A stretch of DNA of 64,000 nt from a virus. Location of the stretch: the IMG/VR virus record IMGVR_UViG_3300027791_000013, positions 7,516-71,515 of that record, one strand, 5' to 3'. A program made the position numbers and the translations under genes. Positions 38,713 through 49,498 of this stretch are shown here, in pieces. Each line of letters starts with the position of its first letter. Within the stretch, counting starts at the first letter, position 1. The notes beneath the pieces are model-generated. The model saw only the letters and a list, made by a program, of their open reading frames with translations. It was not told where the DNA came from and did no database searches.

Positions 38713-41091
38713 ATGAAAACAAAAACTAATATAATTAGTTTAGACAATCAAACGTCGAATGTATACAAAGTTACCCTTTCTGGTCGTGAATTTACTGCTG
38801 TAGGGGTTACAGATGACCATACTTATGCTAATGTACCATCTCCAGATGTCGGTGAACTAGTTGCTACCTATAATATATCTGTTGCATCATCTGTAAATGA
38901 AGGTCAATCGTTACCGGTGACTGTGACGACGGCAAATGTTGCAGATTATACATTATTAAGTTGGGCAGTTACAAATACAGGAAACGGTGATTTTGTAGCT
39001 GAATCAGGGGTTTTCTTTATTAACAGTGATACTGGTAGTTTTTCAATAACCCCAGTATTAGACTTTACTACAGAAGGACCGGAGACTTTTATCATAACTA
39101 TTAAAAGTTTTGAAGCCGGTTACCCGGTAGTTGCAACATCACCATCTATAACTATAAATGATACTAGTATCACACCTGAAACACCATTACCTACTTATAG
39201 CATAGTTGCAGCTGCCAGTAATGTTGATGAAGGTAGCAATTTACCGATTAACGTTACTACGGCAAATGTTGCAAATGGTACAACTTTATATTGGTCATTC
39301 GGAGTGATTCAATCACCTATCAATGACCAAGATTTTGATGTTTCTGCCGGTTCAGTAACTATCAACAATAATTCAGCTAGTTTTAATATAATTCCAAATT
39401 TTGATCAATTAACTGAGGGTGTTGAAACGTTATTCGTTTTACTAAGATTGGATAATTCAACTAATGGTTCGGTGGTTGCAAATACGGGGTTAATTCTTGT
39501 TAATGACACTAGTCTTACTCCTGCTCCGGAGGATGGGACACCAGAACCAGAAGAACTTGATGTACCAGCTCCTACCCCTAGGGGCGCACTAAAACAAGTA
39601 CCCGTTGATTCCTCATCAGACGATACAATTCAAACTAGTACTATAATTGATATATTTGCAAATTTTGATACTACTGCAGTGACTGACCCTGAAAGAGAAT
39701 ATTATAACTTACCAAGAAATGAATTACCTGTGTTAAATCAGGTTACTGCTAGTACAAGAGTTATAATTACAGAAAATCCACCGGTAGATAAGTTAGTATT
39801 TTCTACCACTGGTATCGACGGTTATGGTTATAATGACCCTACTTTTAATTTCGATTCTAATTATTTTCAGAATCAAATTATATATTTTACCGTTAGAGTT
39901 AAAACTTTAAACAATTACCCAGCAAAATATCTTAATAATTTAGTTCTTGGTAATGGTTCTCAAAATAATACAATATCTATAGATTTGCTCGATGAAAATA
40001 ATAATTCTTTGAATGCTACTATATCTAGTGATTTTGGAATATTATCAGCTGATATAAATGGTGGTTTCTTTAAAGGAGCATTTCAATATAATGGGCAAAG
40101 TAATAACATTAAATTAAGAGCAAAAGCGACTACAAACAATGTACCGTTAGTTGGTGATAGTAACACGTTTAATATTGTACCGGTAAGTGGTAGTAAAGAA
40201 TTTCGTAAGGTAAATGAAGATAATAATCAAAAAGATAATTTTATAAGCTATTTATACCAACCTAATTTAAGGGATAATCCTAAATTCTTTACTGATATAA
40301 TAGGTCAAATCGTAGGAGATGATAAAGACCCAAATACATTAGGTGTAAAAGTTTATGAAAAAATATCTAACTTTTTATTAAATTCTAATGATATAGATTA
40401 TGCTAATATTGATAATTTAATTAGTAGTATGAAATTAATTGATAGTAATGTTAATAAATTTTCTGAAAACTATCCAGCTAGTTTAAAACGTATTGTAGAT
40501 TTTTTCAGCGTTAATAGATCCAAAATATTACCTATAAAAAATAAATTTAATCAAGATTTTGATAATAAAGGCCGGCCTAGCTCTGGTTTAGGTAAAAATT
40601 TAGGTAGCGAAATAAAAATTTCTGATACATTATCAGGTGGTGATAATTTTAAACCTATAGTAGCATATGAAAAATTCAGTCAAAGATATTATATGTTAAA
40701 TACTGATCCAACTAGTGGTTATGATTTTAGATATCTAGGTAGTAATCGTACTTTTGAAATATCTTCCTACAATATAGATTGGGGATGGAGTTTAGTTCTA
40801 CCAGATGGTGTAGGAGATTTTACATATATGCTAGATATTAGTGGTAATAATTTGGTTTTAGAAAATAATTTTAGAATTCTAAATGAAGATAGGGGTTTAG
40901 AAACGAGCCAAATATCGAAATATTATACTTTCTTTCAGTATATATCAACAGTTAATAATAGTAATATATTTGCATTTTATGACGATGCAAACTTAAATTC
41001 AAATAGTGATATATCATCTTTAAGTGCTATAAACAATAGTATTGATGAAATTATATTAAAAGATATATATTCTGGTACAAATTTAATTTAA
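38713..41091 (+). CDS. Virion protein with two Calx-beta/Ig-like repeats
   Basis: Two ~115-aa repeats SVNEG..V.TANVA..L.W...TEG.ET...NDTS. Confidence 0.65.
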   Translation: MKTKTNIISLDNQTSNVYKVTLSGREFTAVGVTDDHTYANVPSPDVGELVATYNISVASSVNEGQSLPVTVTTANVADYTLLSWAVTNTGNGDFVAESGVFFINSDTGSFSITPVLDFTTEGPETFIITIKSFEAGYPVVATSPSITINDTSITPETPLPTYSIVAAASNVDEGSNLPINVTTANVANGTTLYWSFGVIQSPINDQDFDVSAGSVTINNNSASFNIIPNFDQLTEGVETLFVLLRLDNSTNGSVVANTGLILVNDTSLTPAPEDGTPEPEELDVPAPTPRGALKQVPVDSSSDDTIQTSTIIDIFANFDTTAVTDPEREYYNLPRNELPVLNQVTASTRVIITENPPVDKLVFSTTGIDGYGYNDPTFNFDSNYFQNQIIYFTVRVKTLNNYPAKYLNNLVLGNGSQNNTISIDLLDENNNSLNATISSDFGILSADINGGFFKGAFQYNGQSNNIKLRAKATTNNVPLVGDSNTFNIVPVSGSKEFRKVNEDNNQKDNFISYLYQPNLRDNPKFFTDIIGQIVGDDKDPNTLGVKVYEKISNFLLNSNDIDYANIDNLISSMKLIDSNVNKFSENYPASLKRIVDFFSVNRSKILPIKNKFNQDFDNKGRPSSGLGKNLGSEIKISDTLSGGDNFKPIVAYEKFSQRYYMLNTDPTSGYDFRYLGSNRTFEISSYNIDWGWSLVLPDGVGDFTYMLDISGNNLVLENNFRILNEDRGLETSQISKYYTFFQYISTVNNSNIFAFYDDANLNSNSDISSLSAINNSIDEIILKDIYSGTNLI

Positions 41092-41164
41092 TTGAATTTC
41101 AATACTTTAGTTTTAAATACATATATGGAAATTGATATATAATTTTCATTATAAATATTAATAG

Positions 41165-44100
41165 ATGTCTTTATCACCCACATATCAAAATTTAAGTGCT
41201 TTATCACCTTTATACTTTAAAGATTCTGATAATAAACTAGAATTTATTAATCAAGATAAATTTACGTTACAAGGTCTAAATTTAGTAACGTATAATATTA
41301 ATAAAAGTGCTAATGATAGTTTTATAAAAAATTATTCAGTTAATAATCTTATTAAAGATAAAACCTCTAATGATCTATTTAATTTAACTAAAAAAATATC
41401 TGTTCAAGATTTAAATACTAAATTAAATTTTAAATCTACACTAAGTGCTCTAAGTGCTGGTTTTTTTCTTCAAACTATCACTACTAATGATGATAAGATC
41501 TCACCAATTTCATTTAATATAGATATAGAAAATTTACCTGGTAGTAAATTTTTAGTAGATTTTATAAACAACGAGTTTTGTACTGTATCTCTTTTTGATG
41601 GTAGGGTTCCAAAATTCTTATTTGATGGTGATGGTACACCTAATCCTGGTGGAGGTAAGTCATTAGTTTTTAAATTTTTAAATAGTACATTTCTACCATT
41701 AACATCAAACTATTATTTTAATTATTTTTACGATAGTGTAAATCATAAATTAAGATTATATAAAAATGATGAGATTGTTACTACTACAATAACAATGTTA
41801 ACAACAAATGCTACATCAATATCTAGTGGTTCTGATGGTTATCAAATATTTGTTAATACAGTATTATCAGCATTTGTTAATTCAATAGGACTTCTACCAG
41901 CAAATGAAGAAAGAATATTAAATGGTACAATAGAGGTTGGTAATGAAATAAAATTATTAAACAGTGATAATATTGATCAATTTATATATTATGATTTTCA
42001 AGACAATTATAAACTTTCAAATGATACAATTAGTGGCGTTAAATATGATTTTTTAACTTATTATACTTACTCAAATGTAATAACCGGTGATAAAAATTAT
42101 GCAAATTTAAAGTTTTTTAATTTAAAGAATCATATATCTAACGATAACATTGCCTATGGAGGGCCGTTAGAAAATAGAGATGACAATTTAGAATATAGAG
42201 GTAGAGAATATCAAAATTTTACTAATCAAAAGAGTAAAGAAAAAGATTTCGATAATATATCTTTAAATTATACATTTTTTGATAAAGAGTATAAAATTGG
42301 ATCAAAGGATTATACAGCATTTACGCTACCAGATAATTTATTTCCTTTTAGAAAAATTAACATTAATGATACAGGGTTAGCTGTTAATGGTTCATTTGCA
42401 GCAACTAACCCATATTTTAGTGATAAAGTATTTAAACTTACCGATACAAATAAAAATAAATTACAAAATAGTTTTATAGAAGATCAAGAATTTTTAGTAC
42501 TACAAAATGATGTAAGTTTAGTTGTATTACAAAGTGGGGATTTGTTAGGTTTTCAGAGTATAAATGATATACAGTCTAATGACATTTTCGGTGATTACTT
42601 ATGCACATGGTTAAAGGGAGATGGTATAACTAAAGGTATATGGTTTGATAGATATTATATACCTAAAGATAATTCATATACTTTATCATTTTCTGGTGAT
42701 TCAAATATTTTTGATAATACTACTCAAGCAGCTGAATATTTTAAAAATAATGAAAAAGATTTAGTTTATTATGACCTAAAGAGTAATTTAACATTTGAAC
42801 CGAGTGCATCTTATGGTTATCAGCGTATTAATAGTAAGCAAATAGATGTTTATATTGACGGTCAAAAGGATAAATTATTAAAAGATTCATTTAATATTCA
42901 AACCTCAGCTGTTCAACTGCAAGATATTAGTGAAGTCGATTTAAATAAAACTAAAGGTTATGATAATTTAGATATACAATCAATACCTAATAGGGATTTT
43001 AATGTCGGTTTTGAGTTAGAATTAGATTCTCTTTCATCTTTAGATTCATTCCAGTTGGCTGGTAATTTATATGAAGATGGATTTACTATAAAAAATAATT
43101 TTTTCTTTACACCTTTTATCTTTATACCACAAGGCAATGTACTTCATATATACGATAATAATTTTAAGTTATTACGATCTAATACATATAGTGGTACAGA
43201 GAATATTTTAGATGTACTCTATATAGAACAGAATAATAATATAGTTTTAGTATGTGATAATAAATTAATTAAAACTAATTATTTCGGGGAAATCTTAAAT
43301 GAAAGGTTTCCAGCAGATCAAGGTCCTCGTAGTGACTTACTGCTAGAAATTATTAAATCATATAAGAGTAGAACTTATCATGGTTATAATAATGTATTTT
43401 TTGTTACAAACAGATATTTTAGTGATAGTATTGTTATTAATTTAGATTTAAATAACCTCATACCGGTAGAAGATACAATTCTTCAAAATCAGTATTTACT
43501 TGACCCGTTATCATCATCATATACCAGTATAGTACCAAAAATAAGCGGTGGTTATAGATTTCTAGTTGGTAATAAACCAACCAAACTGGATGAAGAAGTT
43601 GCATGTTCATTAGACAATATTAACAGATTTATATCCAAGCAATTTATACCTGGAGAAGCATTTGTAAATTCTACTGTACTATCTTCTGAGTTAAGTAGTG
43701 GTATAATACAAGGTCAATCATATGATGAAAATTATTTTTCAATCATAAGAAGTATGTCGGCCGCGGCCCCGAGTAATTTTCAAGTTTTCTTTGATTTCAT
43801 ACAAGATGGTAAAGCTAGAATTGTTTTCGATCGCTTGAGCGTAAATCAAACAGAAGATCCAATTTTAGATAGTACAAACAGTGAGATTTTCGATATTAAT
43901 TCAGTTAATGGTAGGTTATTTGTACAATATATAAACATATCTGGTGGTACGGGGTTTATACAAGAATTTACACCTGAAAGATTTAAATTATCAGCATATG
44001 AACTCAGTGAAACAGTAAATAAAGGTTATAAGATAGATTTTATTGAAGAAAATAAAGAATTAAAGATAATGTCATTTGCAAGAGACTTATCATCTAATAT

Positions 44101-45163
44101 AGTTATAGATAAGATCAATGCAGGTACAGGTCAACTTGAAGAAACATATAATTTAATACTGACTGGGATGGATACTACGAAACGTACAGTTTACGCAGCA
44201 ACACAAAGTATATCAGGTTCTACGTTTAGTACTTCCACTACTTTAAGTTCGAAGTATATTAATGGTATATATAAATATAGAAGATTTGAATTACTAGATT
44301 ATAATAACATAGTAAGTTTTGATGGTAGTTTAGTTAATAAGTTCCAAGAATTACCATTTAATATAACGCATTTTACACCTATTAATTATCATGCTATTGA
44401 TCAAAAGTATAACTCATATCGAGATCAATTGGTATTTAAATTTAATCTTAATTCTTTAATCGACGTTGAATATCTAACTGAACAATGGAATAATGCAGGT
44501 CCTCCTATATCTGCTACAGGTCATTCAGTATTTACATGGTCTAACCCAGTTTCATCATTAAGTGCTTGGGATGGAGAGATGTTACTAATACAATCTGAAA
44601 GTGTAACAAATGTTGAGATATTATTTGTTGTACCGAACGTTTCTATTAAAAATTATTTAAATATTGATTTAGATTTAAACGCTGGTAAAATAAAATTATA
44701 TAATAACGGGTTAACTTTCGGGGAAGTAACTTTTAATCCTAATTTAATACCAATTGAAAGAATTTTATACCCTGAATTATTTATTAATACACAAAATATA
44801 CGAAATACACCTATTGATGAAATAGTAAAAGATATTTCTTATAATAGTTCAGGCGGTATATTAAAAAATTTAAAGATATACAACACGTCATTGGATCAAA
44901 GTTTGATAAATTATTTAGAGTTACAGACAAAACAAATCGACCCTCTATATTTTAGAGTACCATGTGGTACAAGAAATAGTAATGAAGAAATTGATACATT
45001 ATTTACTTATAATATACCAGGCAATATCAGCAATTATATTAATATTAACATTAAAGATATGGATATAAATAATGATATAAAGCAACAATTAATAGATTAC
45101 TTACAGAGCTCTGTAGAAGTAGTTACACCATCTCAACAAAAATTAATTTATAATATCGATTAA
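41165..45163 (+). CDS. Large putative virion (baseplate/tail) protein
   Basis: 1332-aa beta-rich ORF; TATAAATA-N7-ATG; structural cluster. Confidence 0.6.
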   Translation: MSLSPTYQNLSALSPLYFKDSDNKLEFINQDKFTLQGLNLVTYNINKSANDSFIKNYSVNNLIKDKTSNDLFNLTKKISVQDLNTKLNFKSTLSALSAGFFLQTITTNDDKISPISFNIDIENLPGSKFLVDFINNEFCTVSLFDGRVPKFLFDGDGTPNPGGGKSLVFKFLNSTFLPLTSNYYFNYFYDSVNHKLRLYKNDEIVTTTITMLTTNATSISSGSDGYQIFVNTVLSAFVNSIGLLPANEERILNGTIEVGNEIKLLNSDNIDQFIYYDFQDNYKLSNDTISGVKYDFLTYYTYSNVITGDKNYANLKFFNLKNHISNDNIAYGGPLENRDDNLEYRGREYQNFTNQKSKEKDFDNISLNYTFFDKEYKIGSKDYTAFTLPDNLFPFRKININDTGLAVNGSFAATNPYFSDKVFKLTDTNKNKLQNSFIEDQEFLVLQNDVSLVVLQSGDLLGFQSINDIQSNDIFGDYLCTWLKGDGITKGIWFDRYYIPKDNSYTLSFSGDSNIFDNTTQAAEYFKNNEKDLVYYDLKSNLTFEPSASYGYQRINSKQIDVYIDGQKDKLLKDSFNIQTSAVQLQDISEVDLNKTKGYDNLDIQSIPNRDFNVGFELELDSLSSLDSFQLAGNLYEDGFTIKNNFFFTPFIFIPQGNVLHIYDNNFKLLRSNTYSGTENILDVLYIEQNNNIVLVCDNKLIKTNYFGEILNERFPADQGPRSDLLLEIIKSYKSRTYHGYNNVFFVTNRYFSDSIVINLDLNNLIPVEDTILQNQYLLDPLSSSYTSIVPKISGGYRFLVGNKPTKLDEEVACSLDNINRFISKQFIPGEAFVNSTVLSSELSSGIIQGQSYDENYFSIIRSMSAAAPSNFQVFFDFIQDGKARIVFDRLSVNQTEDPILDSTNSEIFDINSVNGRLFVQYINISGGTGFIQEFTPERFKLSAYELSETVNKGYKIDFIEENKELKIMSFARDLSSNIVIDKINAGTGQLEETYNLILTGMDTTKRTVYAATQSISGSTFSTSTTLSSKYINGIYKYRRFELLDYNNIVSFDGSLVNKFQELPFNITHFTPINYHAIDQKYNSYRDQLVFKFNLNSLIDVEYLTEQWNNAGPPISATGHSVFTWSNPVSSLSAWDGEMLLIQSESVTNVEILFVVPNVSIKNYLNIDLDLNAGKIKLYNNGLTFGEVTFNPNLIPIERILYPELFINTQNIRNTPIDEIVKDISYNSSGGILKNLKIYNTSLDQSLINYLELQTKQIDPLYFRVPCGTRNSNEEIDTLFTYNIPGNISNYININIKDMDINNDIKQQLIDYLQSSVEVVTPSQQKLIYNID

Positions 45164-45167
45164 AAAT

Positions 45168-47138
45168 ATGACCGTAAATAATATAACAACCGACTTTTAT
45201 ATAGGTCAAGATTTAGAAAATAATTCTAGTGATGAATATAAGTCTTTAACTACATCAAAAAAAATAGCTTTTACAAATGGTAATGAATTTACTTTAAATG
45301 GTATAAATTATACTGGTTATTATAACTATGATGGTAATAATTCTTATAAAACTAAAACTTTACAAGTTGATAAACTAACAGTTGTAGAAAATATTAATAC
45401 TGATATTATCAATTCAAACAAATTCTTTGATCGAACTATTTTTACTGAATTAAATCCTTCATATGTGTTAGATGATATTTTATTCAAACCTAATGAAATA
45501 ATAAATAAAAATTCAATAAATTTTAAACTTAATTTATTGTATGATAATTTTATAGATTTATTTAGATTTGTAAATGTTAATAACCCTTTGATACCTACAG
45601 ACTTTAATGCTTATGCAGTATTATCTACTACATCTACAGGTACTGAATGGCAATGGGTATCATCTGATGTTAGATTTATTTCTGGTGGTCTTGACCCAAG
45701 CTTAATTAGTTTCTCTGCTTATAATGAACAATTTTTTGAAGTAGATAAAATGAATACTGTATCTTTTAACAGTACAAAAGAACCTGAGGAGTATACATTA
45801 TTTGTTACAACGAGTTCATACTTATTTGCATATCAATTAGATAGAAATGATACAATGTTTGATTTAGTATTGAGCGCAGATTCAATTGGTATAGACGGTA
45901 GGATGAGATTTGAAAATATTACTAGTATAGCAGCTGATAAAGAAAATAATATTCTTTATTTAAATGATAGAGATAAACAACAAATATATAAAACTGACAC
46001 TAAAACAATAATTAATAAAGATCGTACTGGTGTTCGGCAAATTAAACTCTTGGAAACTATCGGAGGTAAAGGTAATGATTTTACTAACTTTAATGACAAC
46101 ACATATATAGAATATGGTAATAAAAACGTGTTTGTATATGATTTTAGTGATAAGAGTATAAAGAAATTTAGTGATAAATTTGTTTTTAAATCTAGATATG
46201 CTAATGTAAAGTTGTTTACTGAAAACGAGTTCATTAGTATGACTTATAATAAAACATTTGACTTACTGTATATATTAACCAAAACTTATAGAGTTTTAGT
46301 ATTAAATGCAAATAATTTTAGTGAAGTCGATAGATATGTATTAACAAGTAATCCATTTGAATTTTCTATACCTTTAATCGGTTTATTTGAGTTACCTAGA
46401 AAAATAGTCTTTTCAGGAAATAATAGCAATGTTTACTACTTACAAACTACAAAAAATGTATATAAATATTTTGTAAATACCCAAACAAAAAATATTGAAA
46501 GATTTACTATTGATATCTCATTCGATTCAGTCTCAATGTGGAATACAATATTTGATAGATTTTCTGCTTTTGAAACGGAATGGGATGACCTTCCTGATTT
46601 TGATAAATTCACAATAGCGGCTAATGGTTTGCAAATAATAGATAGCGATGTAAAAGATACAGATAAGTTATTGTTATGGTCAAATAAAAGAATATTTAGT
46701 TTTAATGAAAATAATAACTACGTTTCTTTATTAAACACAAATAGACCAAACTTCTTTAAGAAAAGTGAAATATTCCTAAATGATGAATACTTTAATAATA
46801 TTACGTTTAATTCAACCATATATAGACACCTATTTAATTTAAATTTATTAGGTTCAAATTTAAATAAACAATTACTTGCAGTTTTCGATACAGTTGAAAC
46901 AAATGGTTATTTGAGATTTAAAGATTTCTTGGAAATATCTTATGAAGATAAAAAACAATTAGATTTAACTGATCAAAAACAATATTTTGCAGGTATAAAT
47001 GAAACGTTAAACGGTAATACATTAAACAGAATAATGACTAATTTATATGAATATCAAGATAAAATTATACAGACTATTGTAACAAAGAGAATTGGTGCAA
47101 GAATACCCATTTTAAAGACAGTACTATTAGATAAATAA
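45168..47138 (+). CDS. Putative virion protein with NHL/beta-propeller-like region
   Basis: ITSIAAD...LYLND, IGGKG...F, VFVYD....IKKF repeats. Confidence 0.55.
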   Translation: MTVNNITTDFYIGQDLENNSSDEYKSLTTSKKIAFTNGNEFTLNGINYTGYYNYDGNNSYKTKTLQVDKLTVVENINTDIINSNKFFDRTIFTELNPSYVLDDILFKPNEIINKNSINFKLNLLYDNFIDLFRFVNVNNPLIPTDFNAYAVLSTTSTGTEWQWVSSDVRFISGGLDPSLISFSAYNEQFFEVDKMNTVSFNSTKEPEEYTLFVTTSSYLFAYQLDRNDTMFDLVLSADSIGIDGRMRFENITSIAADKENNILYLNDRDKQQIYKTDTKTIINKDRTGVRQIKLLETIGGKGNDFTNFNDNTYIEYGNKNVFVYDFSDKSIKKFSDKFVFKSRYANVKLFTENEFISMTYNKTFDLLYILTKTYRVLVLNANNFSEVDRYVLTSNPFEFSIPLIGLFELPRKIVFSGNNSNVYYLQTTKNVYKYFVNTQTKNIERFTIDISFDSVSMWNTIFDRFSAFETEWDDLPDFDKFTIAANGLQIIDSDVKDTDKLLLWSNKRIFSFNENNNYVSLLNTNRPNFFKKSEIFLNDEYFNNITFNSTIYRHLFNLNLLGSNLNKQLLAVFDTVETNGYLRFKDFLEISYEDKKQLDLTDQKQYFAGINETLNGNTLNRIMTNLYEYQDKIIQTIVTKRIGARIPILKTVLLDK

Positions 47139-47144
47139 TTATAG

Positions 47145-47987
47145 ATGAGTACCAATATAACAGGTTTAGCCGGTGAAATAATAGCTTTCACATACCCTTC
47201 AATTATAAAAATAGCTGATAATGGTAACATGCCAGCAGTCTGTGGTGGCAATAGAAATGCTGCTGCAGTTTTTCAGAACAGTAATCGAAGCGGACAACCT
47301 AATGCATTATCAGTATTATCAGATGGTAGTGGTATTGTTGGTTCGTTAGCAATGGGGCAGCAAGGGTCTGGAGCCAAAGTGTTTGGACCTTTAATTGTAG
47401 ATGGTGGTACGAATAGTGTAGTTGCAAAAGTAGTAGATATTAAAAATGGTGGTATAACAGTAGCAAACCAAATTACTGTAGCCGGTAGTGGTGCGAATAA
47501 TATCAGCGGTACTACAAATTTAAATGTATTAAACGTTGCTACCACGTCGACCCTAATTGGAGCTGTTTGTGTTTGTAGTACTTTAGGGGTTACCGGTACA
47601 GCTACTGTAAATGGATGTACAACATTGAACGGCGGTTTAAATGTTACATCTGGTGGTTTATCAGTAACTGGAGCGATAAATGCTACAAATGATATTACAG
47701 CTTTTTCTACTTCAGATAGTAGATTAAAAAATAACATTATTAAGATTAATGATTCAAATAAAATTATTAATAGCTTAAATGGTTATAAGTATGAATGGAA
47801 TGAAAAAGCTAACCAATCAGGAGAAGGCATTGGTGTTATAGCTCAAGAAGTTAAAGAACTTATACCTTCGGCTGTCAGAGAAAATGATGAAGGTTATCTA
47901 TCAGTAGATTATATAAAAATTATACCATACTTAATCGAAGAGGTAAAAAATTTAAACAATAGAATTAAAATATTAGAGGAGAAATAA
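47145..47987 (+). CDS. Short tail fibre/spike with C-terminal peptidase S74 intramolecular chaperone
   Basis: Beta-repeat shaft, then SDSRLKNNI, YEWN, GVIAQEV, SVDY. Confidence 0.85.
   Translation: MSTNITGLAGEIIAFTYPSIIKIADNGNMPAVCGGNRNAAAVFQNSNRSGQPNALSVLSDGSGIVGSLAMGQQGSGAKVFGPLIVDGGTNSVVAKVVDIKNGGITVANQITVAGSGANNISGTTNLNVLNVATTSTLIGAVCVCSTLGVTGTATVNGCTTLNGGLNVTSGGLSVTGAINATNDITAFSTSDSRLKNNIIKINDSNKIINSLNGYKYEWNEKANQSGEGIGVIAQEVKELIPSAVRENDEGYLSVDYIKIIPYLIEEVKNLNNRIKILEEK
47667..47729 (+). repeat. 63-bp perfect direct repeat, copy 1
   Basis: Identical to 48407-48469; encodes TGAINATNDITAFSTSDSRLK. Confidence 0.9.
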
Positions 47988-48733
47988 TGGCAACTTTACA
48001 AGGAAGAAATATAAACGATACATATAAAGGTTTAATAAAAACCTTTTCTAACGGGCAACTAACATCATCTAATCTAATTACTGATGGTTCAGGTAATTTT
48101 ACAGCTTTAACCTTAGGTAGTGCAGGTAATAGTTCTTCTTTTGATAATTCATTAGTAGTTAATACTACTATACTTGCCTGTAATAATCTCACTACTAATA
48201 GTAATCTTTGCGTTAAGGGTTCAGGTACATTTGATAATAATATTATTGTAACGGGTAATACACTAATAACCGGTAATTTAACTGCATCAAGCTTTAATTT
48301 TAACGGTGCAGGTACATTTAACGGTGGAATAACGTTTAATAATACAATAGGAGTTTGCGGGGTAACAAACCTAAAAGCTACAAATATTGTTGGTGATTTA
48401 AATGTTACTGGAGCGATAAATGCTACAAATGATATTACAGCTTTTTCTACTTCAGATAGTAGATTAAAAGAAAATTTAATTCCTATTGATTCAGAAAGTT
48501 TTGTAAGTAACTTAACTGGTTATGAATTTAATTGGAATAGTAAGTCTAAAAGAACTGGTAAAGGTAAAGGAATTATAGCTCAAGACTTGTATAATATTGA
48601 TACAAGTTTAGTTAAAGAAAATAGCGATGGATATCTTACAGTAGATTATACGAGTCTAATTCCAGTGCTAATTGAAGAAGTTAAAAGGTTAGGTAAAGAA
48701 ATTGAAGCCTTAAAAAACTTACAGCATCATTGA
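47987..48733 (+). CDS. Short tail fibre/spike with C-terminal peptidase S74 chaperone (paralog)
   Basis: SDSRLKENL, FNWN, GIIAQDL, TVDY. Confidence 0.85.
   Translation: MATLQGRNINDTYKGLIKTFSNGQLTSSNLITDGSGNFTALTLGSAGNSSSFDNSLVVNTTILACNNLTTNSNLCVKGSGTFDNNIIVTGNTLITGNLTASSFNFNGAGTFNGGITFNNTIGVCGVTNLKATNIVGDLNVTGAINATNDITAFSTSDSRLKENLIPIDSESFVSNLTGYEFNWNSKSKRTGKGKGIIAQDLYNIDTSLVKENSDGYLTVDYTSLIPVLIEEVKRLGKEIEALKNLQHH
48407..48469 (+). repeat. 63-bp perfect direct repeat, copy 2
   Basis: Identical to 47667-47729. Confidence 0.9.
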
Positions 48734-49497
48734 TAAGTCGGCTCGTAATAACGAAAGCTACCAAAACCTGAAGTACCTACTAATGTAGTATCATCTGCGG
48801 ATACCGTTGTTAGAATAAGCTCACCTGAAGATAATTTACCGTAAATAAAAGTACTGTTTGTTTTTAAACTATCAATAACTTCAAAATTTTCATCTGGTGA
48901 AGTAAAGAAAAAACTTTTATTTTGATATTGGAAATTCATATTATCTAGATATTTACTTTCCAATTGCAACGGAGAGTTATTACCATTAACACTTAAATTT
49001 ATCTTATAATCATTAGCTGATAATTCTCGCGACGTAGCTATATTATTAAATCTAGTAATATAAAACCTAACAGTACTTTCACTTTCACTTTGGGTACCTG
49101 CATCTTGCGCTATAAAAATTAGATCTGGAACTGGATCTTTAACGTTAACGTTAAAACTATTGTTAGAACTAAATAACTCACCACTACTAGTAGCTACTAC
49201 TAAAGTAACTCGAAAATTACCAGACGTTTTATAGGTATGAAATGCAGAAAGATTATTTTCTACGACAGTACCATCACCAAAATCTACAAAAAAATCAGTA
49301 TCTGAGATTATTGGATTAGCAGATAGAAAATTAGGTACAGCATATATACCTCCTAAATCACCGGTGTATATATTACTACTAAGGTCAGCGCTATTTGTAC
49401 CTAACCCTAATATCTTTTTAAAATTTTTATTATAAATATCCAGTGGTATAATTATACCTGATAATGAACTATAATCTTTATTAAAACTGTAATTCAT
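48727..49497 (-). CDS. PKD-domain virion protein
   Basis: FFVDFGDGT...AFHTYKTSGNFRVTLVV. Confidence 0.7.
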   Translation of the reverse strand: MNYSFNKDYSSLSGIIIPLDIYNKNFKKILGLGTNSADLSSNIYTGDLGGIYAVPNFLSANPIISDTDFFVDFGDGTVVENNLSAFHTYKTSGNFRVTLVVATSSGELFSSNNSFNVNVKDPVPDLIFIAQDAGTQSESESTVRFYITRFNNIATSRELSANDYKINLSVNGNNSPLQLESKYLDNMNFQYQNKSFFFTSPDENFEVIDSLKTNSTFIYGKLSSGELILTTVSADDTTLVGTSGFGSFRYYEPTYQ

Positions 49498-49498
49498 T

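Noticed and set aside
47054-48192. Minus-strand ORFs opposite the fibre genes
   Set aside because: Antisense shadows of well-supported genes
47667-48469. DGR template/variable repeat pair or CRISPR repeat
   Set aside because: Copies are identical with no adenine-specific mismatches, only two copies, both coding, and no reverse transcriptase in the window
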